A stretch of DNA of 64,000 nucleotides from Eledone cirrhosa (lineage: Eukaryota), in contig OZ024758.1 in assembly GCA_964016885.1 (NCBI GenBank), positions 28,334,001 through 28,398,000 on the forward strand, in the 5' to 3' direction. This document shows, one piece after another, positions 11,906 through 27,121 of this stretch. The notes below the pieces were generated by a model. The model was not told the DNA's origin. It saw nothing but the letters and a program-made list of their open reading frames with translations, and ran no database searches. The translations under genes were made by a program, and so were the position numbers. Each line of letters begins with the position of its first letter. Position 1 is the stretch's first letter.

Positions 11906-14900
11906 CCAACATATTTAATGACATGACAACAGGTAAACATATTTTTACTTTAGATGAAAGTCAGGCTCAAAATGTTCATATCACTCCACTCATATGTATT
12001 TAACTTATTGTATAAAAAATACTAAATAATACAAATAAGAAGCAAGCAGAGTGGAGAGGAAAAGAGATCCTTAATGTTCCTTAAAAGTCATTATGAGGTA
12101 TTTATAAAAAATCTAATATTCTCAAAAATTATACTTAAAAATGTGATAGTATAGAAGATAGCTTTTTCCATTGAATATTTTTCCAACGATGAAACCTCAG
12201 GAAATTACGCCTAATTACTTTTTACTGGTTTTAGCTATTGGGCCTTAGCTATTACAAGTCACTGCTATTGCTGTTTTTTTTTTTAAAAAAGCTATTCCTC
12301 ATTCCTTTTTAGCAATATACATCTTTCCCTGTTTCTCAATGTTTCTCAAACATTACTTATATTGTATATGCTGCAATGTTAATCCACCAGTGAAATTGTA
12401 TAATTAGTAGGTCTTATGAAGGTGCATAGCTGAGTGGTTAGAGAATTGGATTCACAATCATGAGGTTGTGAGTTCGATTCCTGGACATGGTAATGCATTA
12501 TGTCCTTGAGCAAGACTCTTTATTTCATGTTGCTCCTTCTGCCTGGATTTGCGACTGGTAGATAGTATTAGCAATTAGAAAGACCAATGGAAACATTGTT
12601 TCTATGGTCCAACTTGACAAGCTCTATGCCACTCGTTAAGCGAATGAGATTCCTTGTAAGTAAACATGGTGAATTGTCAGAGTCGTTAGAATGTCAGATA
12701 GAATGCCTTGTGGTATTCGTTTCGGCTCTCTGATCTTTGAGTTCAAATCCTACTGAGGTCAACTTTACCTTTCATCTATTTAAGGTCGGCAAAAAAAGTA
12801 CCAGTCTACTACTGAGGTAAATTCTTCCTCTATACCTCTTTCTCACTTTCATTATGCTAATCTCTATCATTCTCAGCAAGAAATCTGCTGTCTTCAGACC
12901 TGGAGAGAATTGGGTTCTGCCAGGTTTTAAAATGCTCTAGAAATGTTGTATGTTAATACAGCTCCCTAAAACTCCCTTTGGAGTTATGGGACCATAACTA
13001 AGTAAAGTTTATTCCTTTTCTTTGTTTAAAAATATTACTACCTAGTTTTCTATTACTTCTATTACTACAAATACCTCTATAATTTTATGTATCTATTACT
13101 CCTAATATATTCCAGAATACACTATTTCACAAATGAAAACATGCAATCAATTTTGTCATTCTGATAGGATCCAAACAAACACTTTAGGCTTAAACATGCT
13201 AATTATCCTCATACTAGAGTAATCCTTGGGGGGGGGGGGGGTTCTTGGGAGTTTTAACTAAAGAGAAATATTAAATGTTATTTTCTCAAGAATAAAAACT
13301 GAAAAGCTGATTATATTTTTCCCCCGAAAAGGTAATTAATTATCAGAAGAGAGAAATGTTAGACAATAACAATGAAAGAAAAAGATTAGAACATTTTTAT
13401 TGATAACATTTTCATTTAATACATCAATGAATCCACAAGAACAAAAAAAAAAAAAAAAAATTTAAATAGACATTAAACTGCCTTAGAAAACATTTTTTCT
13501 GGAATCTTAGACCATAATTAAATCGATATTTGTACCTTAATTAAAGTATTCTATACTGAAACAAAACCAAATAAAATCTGAATTACACAAAGTAATTGTT
13601 GGAGCTCTCTAAAATATATTCAGTATAACTATAGCTTAGAAACTAAACTATTAATTATAAGAATGCATTAGATAGACACAAGTTGATTAAAACGTTTCTA
13701 TTATGAAAACAAATCCAAATAGTAACAACTACTATGAAAACAAATCCGTTATAGTAAAAACTAACTGAAAAATGACAAAGAAAAACGAACAAAAGATTTT
13801 TAAAAAAAATCAAATACTGTTAGATATTTTAGAGTAAATAGTTATGATAACCAGTGTGAAATATATTCATAACAAAGAGGAAATGAATTTGAAATATGTC
13901 AGGGTATCATAGGCAGTATCAATGAACAATTAATACATTGATCAGGAATGTCACTTTTAAAAATACTGAATAGTCAATTGGAAGCAGTATTCTTTGGGAA
14001 ATATTATTTATTACCATTGATTCCAAACAGCTTTTATCCTAGAAAATGTCAAAAATCAAATTTCAAACAATAGTTTTATAACAATCGCCACATTTCTGTG
14101 GGAATTATACACATTGTTTCAGATATCAAATTATATCTTGAAATTTTGATTATCATATTTATGTTCCATATTCTTTTCTTCACAGCTGAGAGGCAAAGCC
14201 AAAAATATTGACATTGTGTTTTTTTTTTCTTTTCTTTTTTTTTAATGAAGCATCCTTCTGATATACTATTTAGCACATAAAAGAGTTTTGAAGATAAATA
14301 TTTATCAAGTCCATTTTCAGTTTGGTTTGTATTTGGTTTAACAATCTCTTTTGATAACTGATTCCTGTTTTTTGAATGATAAAGTTTGCTGCTTTGTAAA
14401 TCTAGAGCAGATTACTTCATAAATAACCTTTGTAAATAGCATTTTCCAGACAATTTTCCAAATGCTGGAACCATTTGCAAATTAGAATATTTTGTAAAAT
14501 ATTTTGTTCCCCAAATTGTATTGTTAATTTCTAGATTTCTCGTAGCTACTACCATTAATAAATATTTTAAATGTTTATGAATTTATTTTATAACCCTTCT
14601 TTCTTTTTACTATTAAGAAATTGTAGCTTGTTTCTAAAAGTATTTCAAGTTTAATGAAGTAGTTAGAATACACATTTTATATTTATAAATAACATTAATA
14701 AACATTTTATATTTATAAATAGCCTGAATAAACATTATATACTTATAAATAACCTATATATTATGTCAATTAAATTCCACCTAATTGTTGAAAGTATAAA
14801 CAGAGCAGAAGATGAGATTTCCACATAAAATAATATTCCGCTAAACCTATATATATATATATAGGTTTAATATAAAGAGCGAGAGACTCTAAATTAGATA

Positions 14901-16621
14901 CATCTGAACTAACTCATAGTCAAGGCAGGGTCAAATTGTAAGTAAAGTTTGCCATAATAATTTTTTCATATTTTATTTATACCATCAGAAATAAGAGACA
15001 AATACTAAATTCAATTAATTTCTTAGACACACAAACCAATTTTGAGAAGAGAGGAGCAATATTGAAATGAATTATTTCCACTCTTTATATATATTATGGG
15101 ACAAGGAAAGACCAAATTGACCCAGATAATATTTGAACACAGAACATATAATGTAAAAATTAAAACTGAAATGCATTTAGTCTGGGGTTTTACTATCTCA
15201 GACGTCTTCAAAAAAACCTCTAAGCTCTGAAAATAATGATTTGTAAAAATATCGAATCTAAGGAATGTATATAATAGAATGAACTATTTATTTTTGATTC
15301 ATTCCACCAAACAGTAATATTCTAAATGTACCAATATAAAACGAATTCGTAGAAAATTCCAAGAGGTTTTTTTGCAGCTGAGAAAGTAAATTGACTATTT
15401 GTATAAGAGAATTAGCTTTTATTTAGCCTCAAACCCCACCCACCTCTACCACCATACTCTCTATTCTCAGAAATTGAATTCTGTACTTGATTCTATCGCC
15501 ATTTTGAAAGTATTTTATTTCTTTTTATCAGTCTTTATATTCCGGAGTTTAGATTTATGTTATCAAATTTTAAATCCTATATCTTTCAGTAAAATAATTC
15601 TTTAATATCCTGGTGGGTTGTTCTTCAGGTGATCTCTTAACTTTATATATTATTAAGCATCTTTGAAGCTCTATTTCTGATCTCTTAAATTTTGTACACT
15701 TTTTAAAATATTGTGAGACTAATCAAAAGAAGATATTTTTTGTAACTTGCAGATATTGATTATTTTATTATATTCTGTTTATATTCACTTCATTTTGCTT
15801 ATAATTCAGTTTATAAGCTAAATTTATCTTGAATATAGGTAGGTGTTGTTCTTAAAGAATTATGTTTATAATCTTTATATACTCAGTAAAGATTAAGTTT
15901 TATTTAATAAAGTCCTTTATCTTTTAAATATTGCCATCAAGTTGACTTTTTGCTACTTATTCTCAGCTTCCCTAAATAGTTGGATCGTTTGAACATAAAA
16001 CAGAACAAAAGGCAGAGGGGAGGGGGGGGGAATTAATATGATTTATCAATAAGCTATTACAAACCTTATTCATATATTTTTCTTTTTTAAAATCAATTTT
16101 GTTAATATTTGGAGTTCTTCAGATCCTTCAAAATTATCTTCGAATATTACATTCCACCCTTTTATGTTATTTACATGACACAAAATAAGAAATAATCACA
16201 CGTGAACGATTTTTCCATGAAATAAAAATTAATTGTTGTTCTCTGATTTTATAAACGATACATTATATTTTTAATGCCTTTATTTAAGATATCTAATATA
16301 ATGAAGCATGAAAATTTGTTAAAATAAAATAATAGAAATAATTAAAAAAAGACAGAAGTAAAGATATAACAATATTTATTAGTATATCATGTGATAGTCA
16401 CTTATTGCACTGAGATTTGCATATTATAGATTTAAACAATACTAACAGGGAAAATGAATTACTCACATTAAGAAATATGAGCAAAAGAAGACCATTATAG
16501 GCTATCTCTCCCAAATCAGTTTGAATCATACAGGTAATAAATAAAATAATTGCAAATTTTATCACATTGATAAATAAATAAATGAATAAAAAATAAATAA
16601 ATAAATAAATAAATAAACAAA

Positions 16622-16652
<31 letters not shown>

Positions 16653-16895
16653 AAAGAAAAATGAAAATAAATGATTGTCAAGGATTACTAAAAAACCCTT
16701 CAATTTTACAATTTTCAAAATTTAAAATCCATTTTCCCATTGGAAAACATGAATGTGGTGAAAGAAAATATAATCAAAAGAGAATTTTTATATGAAAGAA
16801 AAAAGTAATATCAAATATTGTAACTGAAAAACTGGACAGGTTGTTATTGTACAGAAGTTGATATGAAGCAATCTAGCCAAAAATAAATCACAACT

Positions 16896-16896
<1 letters not shown>

Positions 16897-16937
<41 letters not shown>

Positions 16938-16955
16938 TATATATATACCATTGTA

Positions 16956-17007
<52 letters not shown>

Positions 17008-17228
17008 ATTGTATATATATATATACCATTGTATATATGTATATATATATATATATATACCATTGTATATATATATATATACCATTGTATATATGTATAT
17101 ATATATATACCATTGTATATATATATATACCATTGTATATATGTATATATATATACCATTGTATATATATATATATATATATATGTAAATATATATATGT
17201 ATATATATATGTATGTATACATATATAC
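16897..17228. repeat. (TA)n microsatellite with CCATTG interruptions (similar tracts at 17946-18158, 25482-25812, 50336-50430)
   Basis: Direct reading; explains the Tyr/Ile ORFs. Confidence 0.95.
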
Positions 17229-17992
17229 ACCTAATTCTCTTGATTTCTTGTAATTTGTAACTTTCTAAAACTGTATCTAATGTAAAAATAAACCCAAAGT
17301 CTATTGAAATATTAGAAGAATGTACCAACAAACTACAATGCCTTTCGTTCTTGTCAACAAATAAATGGAAAACCTATTTTTTTCAATATTACAAGGAAAA
17401 TATTATTGGGAATATAATATAATAGTTAATAACTATTTATCTGAATTTTACATATTCTTTTAAATTAAATAATTACTATTTATTGAAGTGAGTGTTTATT
17501 TTGTGAGAGACTTAAAAAGATTAAGATAAAGTTATTATCTTCATAAATAAACATTTAAGTCTTTGGAAATAAGACAGTCACTATTCATCTTAGCATGATT
17601 GTTTTAACTGTCAAACTAAGAAAATACTAAATTATTTTTATACTTTCAGAGATACAGTACATAATAAATATAAGCATATTATATCTAAAAGAAAGATTTA
17701 TATCTAAAAGAAAGAGATTTATATAAGACCATAAGAGTACATAACAAATTGGGTACTATTTATTGAATTCTAACATATATTCATATATTTCAAGTTGACC
17801 TTAAACTTAAAAAAACCCAACAATATCATAAAATACTTATTATATGAGAAGTATTTTCTAATTATAATGCAAATTTTGCATTTATGTACTCCATAAAATA
17901 CCAAACACTTTAATAATTTGATATTTTCATATATATCTGTATCTCATATATGTATATATTTATATATATACATATGTATGTGTATATATATA

Positions 17993-18045
<53 letters not shown>

Positions 18046-18104
18046 GTATGTGTATATATATATATATATATATATGTGTATATATATATATATATATACA
18101 TATG

Positions 18105-18163
<59 letters not shown>

Positions 18164-19489
18164 AAATTAATTTTGAAATGTCAGAATCAATAAAATATTA
18201 AGAAACTGAATTTTAAACTTAAAATACACTCTGTTGCAATTGAAATTTCTACATTGACATTAAATATATTAATAAAAGACATCAGTACATTTTCTATACT
18301 AAATTTTATTATTTTTTATTTTAGTATTATAAATTAATTCTAAATTCTTTGATGCTAAGGTTTATGTTGAAGATTTATGTCTATGTTAAGATTACAATAA
18401 ATGTTTCATGTAATCAGATAATGCAAACTGAATCACATGAAATATTATTGGTATCTTCAGATTTATTTGAACTGTGAAATAAAGGACACATTTATTGTAA
18501 TTAAAAAACTAATAATTTGCTTGTATTATTTAAAACCTTAATAGTTTGTAATAGTCGTATCATTGGCAATTCCAAACTGAACTATCATCTAAACTAGTTT
18601 ATTTCCAGTTCTAAGTACTTGCTCATATGAGCAATGATCTTCACAGTGTTGTTTAACATCTAGCATCTATGCAAATTTAAAATAGACTTTTATAGGACGA
18701 TACTGTCAAAAATACTGCAGAGTTTCTCAAAAGTTTCATATGAGATTTTAATGAGAATATAGTCAGGAATCCTGGCAGATTTTCATTGAATATGAGTATA
18801 GAAAACTGCTAAATATGTCTAAAATTGTGCTTTTCCTTCCTTCTTCATTAGAAACGTAATAAGCTAAGACTCATTATTTCACCAATGATTACTTTAAGGG
18901 GGAAAAAGAAAGATATATGGGAGAAGGATATAGACACAGTATTTCTCAAACTAGTAGAATGTGGTCTTTATCACAAATTGGAACAATGATCAGTATCTTT
19001 AACAACAATTTCCATATCAGCTAACAACTAATTAACTTATTCATACTTTCATTTCGCTGCTATCTTTGTTGTGGTGATAGTCTAATGAACCATAATATCT
19101 GCTATTTATATCATTCTTACATTCACATCTGTCAGAGAGAAAAAAAATAAAAAAGCTATACAAAATTATTATATAAAATACCATAAAAAAAGAAGAAAGC
19201 AATATAAGTTCACAATATATTTCAATGAATTATTTAAAAAAACTTCAACAGTATTTAGATATACAGCAAGGTGCATTATTCATTTGGAGAATGTGGTATT
19301 TCACTATGATTTTAAAGAGTACTTACTTGCTTGACAAAACAGTTATCTTCCAATTTTACATCTCTACAATAAAGACATTTTTTTTTCCGGATTTTTAAAA
19401 TATAAAATTAGTAAGTTGTGGACAATGGTACCAGTGGCTATAAATGCTAAATACATTTCCATAACAGTAGGGCAGTACTTACTTAATTT

Positions 19490-19700
19490 CAATTTCTAAT
19501 ATAGGCACAAGGCCTTAAATTTAGGAGATGGGCATAGTTGATTAAATTGTCTCCAGTATTAAACTGGTACTTATTATATCAACCCTGGAAAGATGAAAGA
19601 TGAAGTCAACTTTGGAGAGAGTTGAACTCAGAATATAATGGTATGCAACTAAATGCCACAAAACATTTTCTCTATCATGCTATCAATTCTGCCAATCCAT
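19490..19700 (-). mobile_element. SINE family A, diverged
   Basis: GGCACAAGGCC..CTGGTACTTATT..GATGAAAG..GAACTCAGA. Confidence 0.7.
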
Positions 19701-22055
19701 TAATATTGATTTCTAAACTAGGTTCAAGAGCAACTTGCACAATGGCATCTGATCCAATGTTCTATTAATTCTGCCAATACATCATCTTGTCATACTTATT
19801 GACAACATTCCAATGACAATTTATTCAGTTTAGTAATATTTCACTTAGTATAAAGTATATCATCTATGTTATTGTTCACAAATTTTATTTTAAATATTTG
19901 TGGTTTAGGTGTTGGGTAAATAACTAATAACGCAGGTTACAGAATTAATATTATATAAGTTGAAGGAAAATTATATTTTTAATAAATTTATTTTTCTAGT
20001 ACAGGATAAAAATTATTTTATTTGGCATCATCAATTTATCAAAATATAAAAAAATGAAACCAAAACAACATAATTACTGTCAATTTAAATATTTTTCTCA
20101 GTAAAATACAATTTGTAAGATTAGTTAGTTTAATAACTAAAATAAAGTAGTAGTAACATTAAAAAAACTTGGTATTAATTAGTATAATAGGAGTTAACTA
20201 GGTAGAGTATGAGATTTATAAAATAAATAACAATTTGAACAAATTGGTTCAAAGTTTCCATTGCTGATGTTTGTTTTAATTTAGAACTAGGAAAACTGAA
20301 TTATTATAAAGATGGTTGGAATAGTAATAAATTTCCAGAGAAATCTAATTGCTATACATCTTTTATTTTTAATGATAAGTAAAGCAAATTAAATGCTCAT
20401 GTAAAATGATTAATGAATATAACATATCAAAAATATATATAACTATTCCGTCCTAAAATATAATGGCAATCACTTCATACTTTTAAGCTAAAAGTAATGG
20501 TGCTTTGAATTTCCATTTATTGTGAATTTAGAATAGAGAAAGGAAGGGTATTACCTTGTTATTTAATTTTAGTGAAGTCTCCACAAGTCTTGGGAATAAC
20601 AAAAAGGATACAATAAATAGAAAGTAATATAAAATCCATACTCTAAATATATAAAAAATTCCATATATATTTGTCATTAAGAATTTAGTTCTATTTTATT
20701 ATTTTATATTGAAAACTAAAACAAATTTAATTTCTACTGAGAGCAATAGAAGAAATCAGCTAAGAGGAGTCACAAACTATTAAATATTTTCTGAATTAAT
20801 ATTAAAAGTTGCTTATAATAATAAACATTTTATTGAACTTAGTTTTTGCTTGTCAAGAGATAATGGTATTATACAAGTCTAATTTATAAATAGTTTTTAA
20901 ATTTCATATTTTGCATTTGGTTTACTTGTTGCAGCCTGGAAGGTGCTGTTCAATTACTTTTTATTGGTTTCACCAATAGAATCTTTAGACAATATGAATA
21001 TCAGAAGATTGAGGAAAATATGAGGTGTTTGTGATTCCAAATCTTTCAGAGACTATGTCATTGTTTTATATAGGTTAATGCAAAAACAAAAATAATAAAA
21101 AAACTATATAAAAGCTTAGATAGAATTAAACATATGAGAGTCAGCATATTTGAAGAAAATGTTGCTTTTCTTAAAACTATTTTTAAATGTAAAGAAGTAA
21201 AAATGAAAAAATAAAAATAGACCATAATTTATTTTAAGAGAATCATAATCTTAATATATAAAAGTGAATGCATATATGTATGTTCCAAGCTGCAGGCCAT
21301 AGTTTTGCACTGGGTAATTGAGATGTTGCAGAGGAAGATATCTTTTCAAGGAGAAGGTTATAAGATATGTGACTTTTACTGATACTACAAACCTAGACAA
21401 AGGCCAAGTACTACTTTTATTTATTCTTATATGCTAGAAATTATTGATAAAATAATAATACAGATTATATCAAAAGGTTGATATTTATTCTCGAGCATTA
21501 ACTCTCATATAATGAAAGCATTAGAAATTATGTTCTTGAGGTATTTATTTCATAGTTAAGGAAAGTCATTTTATATAAAACCTATTTTATTAATGTTTAA
21601 AGTAGAAAATTAATAATATTAAAATTAAAGTTAATAAAAAAAGAGAAAGACCTAGAATATTTATATAGTTCTTGGAATAAAAAAAAATACACTTAAAATG
21701 ACCACTGCCAACACCTTTCTATTAACCTCTAAAATTATGGTGAAACCACACTTCAAATGATAAAATATAATAGGGATCAGTTCCTTATAGAGAATATACA
21801 AGAGAAAAAAACCCATGATATTGATTTCAAATTTAATGAAACTGCTGTATTCAACTACATTCAAGGTTCTTGATTTGCTTTTAAGCTTCCACAGGCAGAA
21901 GTGGGGATATGGTTATATGACTAAAAAATAAGTGAACCATGACAAACATGAAATATTAGCCCTCCACCAAATTATTAGAAGCAATGTGATAAACTTAAAA
22001 AGCAGCAAGTGCTCCATCTCCTGAAAAATTGATTGGCCACTGGTATTGTTTACGT

Positions 22056-22284
22056 TTAACCCTTTAGAATTTACATAATTCTATATTTACTATTGTATTT
22101 TCATAGTAAAGACTTTATCTTATATAATTATCTCACATAATATCGAATCTACAAGATTTTGATATTATTTATTTTGAGAACAATACCTTAACGTAAGTAT
22201 AAGTGGCCAGTTACAGCCGGTTTGAACAGAAAGAGGTGAGAGAGTTCTGGCCAGATATGGCCAGTTTAAATGCTAAAGGGTTAA
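22056..22284 (-). mobile_element. piggyBac-like MITE, single-unit ~220 bp copy
   Basis: TTAA TSD; TIRs CCCTTTAGAATTTA / TAAATGCTAAAGGG. Confidence 0.9.
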
Positions 22285-25200
22285 AAACAAAAACCAAGCA
22301 AAAAAAACAACAACAAAACAAAGAAAAACAAAGATAGCTAACCAGTTCTGGAATAGTCTTGATAAATATTATATATCATGTGATCTTCAGAGAGTGTTAC
22401 TTAGAAATGGATTGGCACCTATAGATTATATTTCTAAATAGATTGTATAATTCAAGGTTTCTTCATTAACTTTACATTTATTTCAAATAAACCTTTTGTC
22501 TAATCTTAATATCCTGTTTTAACTATATTCCATGAAATTTAATGAATATCGGTTTTATATAAATGTTTTCATCTTAGCTATATCATCCTTTTACATCCCC
22601 TTTCCATGTTGGCATGGTGATAGGATCTAATTTGTTTTTCATTTATTTTCTGTGAGATTATTTCTGATATATTAATAATTGTTTATACTTTTGGCACAAG
22701 GCCAGCAATTACCCCAGTGCATTACTGGTGCTTTATTTTATCGACTCCATAAGGATGAAAGGAAAAACTAACTTCTGATATATTAATAATATCTTTTAAC
22801 AAAGACAAGTTCAATATTTGTAGCATTGAGTTGGTCTCAATGTATTACTGCCACTTCTGTTGATGTTAATGTGAGGAAAAAATTAACTCTGATAGAATTA
22901 TTGCTTAGATGAACAAAAAACCTAACTAGCATATAGTCAAATTTTCTTCAGATTAATTTTACTAGAAAGAAGAAAAAGGCAACCATTTATGAGTATTTTA
23001 ACCTTTATAAAACAATTGTTTGATCTATTGATTCCATTTTTTAATTAGAAAGAAAATAAATGTTTTTAAGATGAAATACATTTTTATTAGTCTGAGACTT
23101 AAATATTTTAAACAAAATTTTAGATAACATGTTTTATCTCCAAAGAGTTAATGTCTTAAAAATAAACAAACATTAACCTCATATATATGAATTCACAAAT
23201 AGAAAAGTAAACTGTTTTTAATCTGCTTGAGTTAAGCTGAAAATTAAGATAATTAATTATAGTTTTCTTATTGAAATTTATTTAGGATTAAAATAACCTG
23301 TTACTAAAATTATTCCTTACACATAGAATGGCAATCAATTGTAATAAGAAATAGTATCAGTATTGAATTTACTTAATACATATGATGCTGTTGTAAAGGA
23401 AAATATAAACACGAATTACTTTCAACAATGGTTATCTTTAGTATGAAATGAAAATGAAATACTCTAATGCTGAAGACATTCTAAATTTGAATTTTTTTTT
23501 GTTTTTCGATATCAACAATGATTATATATTTGAGAGCAAGAGATGGTTTCATGTAAGATATCATAAATTTTTTTATAGCATTGAAAAATGGCAACCATGT
23601 TAAGTTCACCATACCTGGAACTCATGAGAACATGTAGGATTTTTTTTTGTTTTAAATTGTTAATAAAATTGAAAATCCTTTTTTTCCATTTACTTCTATA
23701 GAATAAGAAAGAATTATACTCTAGAGACTGTTAATAGTCATTCTAAAGTAGTATCAATATGAAATGTAAATATTTTAAAGGACTTCCAGCTCAATCTCCC
23801 TAACAGACATTCAATGGATTAGCAAAATTAAACCCAGTTTCAAGCTGTGAGTAAACCTATATTTACTTGTTTAGGGATTCATCACCTAGTTAGAATTAAA
23901 TCCTTATCAATAAAACTGTTACACTGGAAAATCAGAAGCAGTCGTTTTAATTGTTAATCACTTTAAATAAAATAAGTTGGAAAAGAGAAAGAAAAATAGA
24001 TTTATTGATTTCTTATTTTCATTTCCTAATAAAATAAACACAAAATACAAGAAATACTCTAGGCTTCTTTGTTGGTTAATATAACATAATATAATATGAA
24101 CTATTATATAATAACATATGTGAACTATTATATGATAACATATAATGTGAAATATTATATGATAACATATAATGTGATCTATTATATGATAACATATAAT
24201 TGCAAATAACATTTTTACAATATAAAGGGGGTTATTCTATAATTGGAATAATCTATCTAGAATAATTATCTATAGTCATTTCAATTTAATGAATCTTAAC
24301 TTTGTGTTCTTGGTGTTGAACTTTTTAAATCGATTTTACTTTCATTTAAGTATAAAACAAAATCTGTCTTTTTAGATTTAGAACAATTGAAAATCATTAC
24401 AAAAGCTATCTTATATTGGATTAATATTCAAATCACTGACTCAACGCTTGCTTTATATAGAAGGTAATCCAGCTTTATTTTATCAAAATAATAAATAACT
24501 ACAGGTTTTATTTTCCTTACTTGTAAATGAAAATGCATCTTCACTCAAACAATGTTATAAAATGGGAACAAAATAAATCATAATACATTTTTACAGTTTT
24601 AAAACAATCATAAATATCTATTTTATATAACAAATAAATTTTAAGATATGTCTTATTTTAAACATTTGTAATATATGAAATTTTAATTCTAACTTTAAAA
24701 ATTAAAAGGTTAAGATGAAAATTCTATTGTATTGTTTTAAAACTTTTAAAAAGCTTCTTATATGACAGAGTAATTAAACATTGTTATCTAGATTTTGAAA
24801 CTCAGCTATGAAATTAAAACCATATTAAATGTGGCGATATACAATAAAAAAAGATGGTCAAAATGTATAAAGATATTATCAATCTGCCCAGCAAGCATTT
24901 AAAAAGGAAAACAGAACCAATTCTGATAGGAACAGTATGAATTTATATAATAAATACAACAGTATATAATAAATCTAACAGGAAAGAATGCAAATGACCA
25001 TAGATATCACAAATATATTTGCAGACAATGATTATTAAACCTAACCTCAGTTTTATTTACAAAAAAAAAAAAAATAAAAAAAAAAAAAAGAAGAAGAAAA
25101 AAATTGGAAAGAAAGAAAGAAAGAAAAAAAGAATGTCCAATAAATTCTTATGAAATTTCAGAAAAAGTACCTAAATACCAACCAATAAGCACTGAAGATT

Positions 25201-25683
25201 ACTAAAACTGTCACTTAGCATTATGTAAATGTATGCTACTTTAATAAATTCAAATAAAATCAAGATGATATTTTACGTATGTAAGGTCACTTAAGATGGA
25301 TGATATTTTTGAAACGATGTTGACATATGGTAAAAATAGGATCTTACACTTACCTAAAATTATAGACACAGTTTATTGTAGTTGAACACTATTGAGAATT
25401 TATTATGTTAATTGTGATAATTCAGTGTGATACGATGAGTCTTGATAATCAGCTAAACATATATACATTATCATCATGTGCATATATATAAATATGTATG
25501 CATGCATATATATATGCATATATGTATGCACATATATATACAAGCATATATATGTATATATATATTTAAGCATATATATGTATATATATATTTAAGCATA
25601 TATATATATATATATATATATAAATATATATATATATAAGCATATATATATATATATATATATATAAATATATATATATATAA

Positions 25684-25746
<63 letters not shown>

Positions 25747-26857
25747 CATATATATATATATATATAACCATATATATATATATATATTTATATGCAAATA
25801 TAAATATATATATGTTTCTTTTGACAAGGCACAATGCCTTTTGTGTATATGAAACCAAATCATTAAAACCTCTTAAAATGTTACACATTTAAATAAGCAA
25901 CAAGTAAAATTTAGCATGAGACAATTTTCTAACTTATTCTTTAGAATTATGTATTTAAATATTTAAGTTTATAGCTTTGACAACAGTTTATAACTTTCTT
26001 GTATTATATTCTAATCTGAAATGTCATTCAATTTAGCTTAAATGCATTAAAATATCACTGAAGAATATCTTAAACTTAGCTGGTTTCTTTTTGTCAAATA
26101 TATTAGTCCTTATTTTAAACTTTCAACAAAAATACTCTTATCTATGCAGCAAATTTTCCATCTATAATAATTTAGTAATGTTAATAAAAACAAGAAAAAG
26201 AGGAAAATATATATACATCTTTTGACATATCTAAACACATGAATTTAACCAAAATGGTAATTTCATGGAATAAATTGAACACCTCTTATATAAATAGGGT
26301 TAATACATAATAACAATGATTTTACTGCAAGATAATTCTGCAGAGTATAAGAGAAATAACAAATAACAATGAAAAATAATTGAAAACTACATTGTATATA
26401 TTTATTATCATCAATAATTTTATTATTAAAATTTCGAGATTAAAACAAAGTTAACAAACAAACAAACAAACAGAAAAAATAAAACATAAATAGAGAGAAA
26501 ATTTTAAATAGAAAAATCTAGTTGAAATATTTAGAAGTTCACATATTTATTAAATCCAACATGGCGACGTGAATGATCATTATTACAACCAGTTCAATGT
26601 GATAATTGTCTCACTCAGAAATGTCAACCAAATATATATTTTTAAAAAGAATACAAAAAAAAAAAAACACCCCACCAAAAATTGAAATTATACACCTCTG
26701 TTTTACCTTATAAAAATTTATGAAGTTATTTTTTTTTAGAAGAAACTAAAGTGATAATGAAACAAAGTAGATTAACAAAAAAAGAACAAAACAATTTTAT
26801 TGGTAAATTATTATTAAATATTATTTATATTTAAATGTAAAGAATATTAAATAATAA

Positions 26858-27078
26858 TAATCGTTTCTGATTTAGGCACAAGGCCAGCAATTTTTGGGGT
26901 AGGGGAAAGTCGATTAAATCGACACCAGTGCATTACTGGTACTTTATTTTATCGACCCTTTAAGGATGAAAGGCAAAGTTAACCGTGGCAAGATTTGAAC
27001 TCAGAACGCAAAAGACCGTAACTATATGCTGCGAAGCATAGAGTCCGATGCTCTACTGATACTGCAAATCCATCACCC

Positions 27079-27080
<2 letters not shown>
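26858..27080 (-). mobile_element. SINE family A
   Basis: Full-length reverse copy next to an (AAT)n tract. Confidence 0.85.

Positions 27081-27121
<41 letters not shown>

Noticed and set aside
12842-12907. Possible minus-strand hammerhead (CTGAAGA CAGCA..TGCTG)
   Set aside because: Stem II is good, but GAAA reads AGAA and stem I does not pair.
16888-25888. Tyr/Ile-rich ORFs (also His/Thr ORFs at 44662-45126 and 24-aa repeat ORFs at 37363-37801)
   Set aside because: Microsatellite and MITE-array translations.
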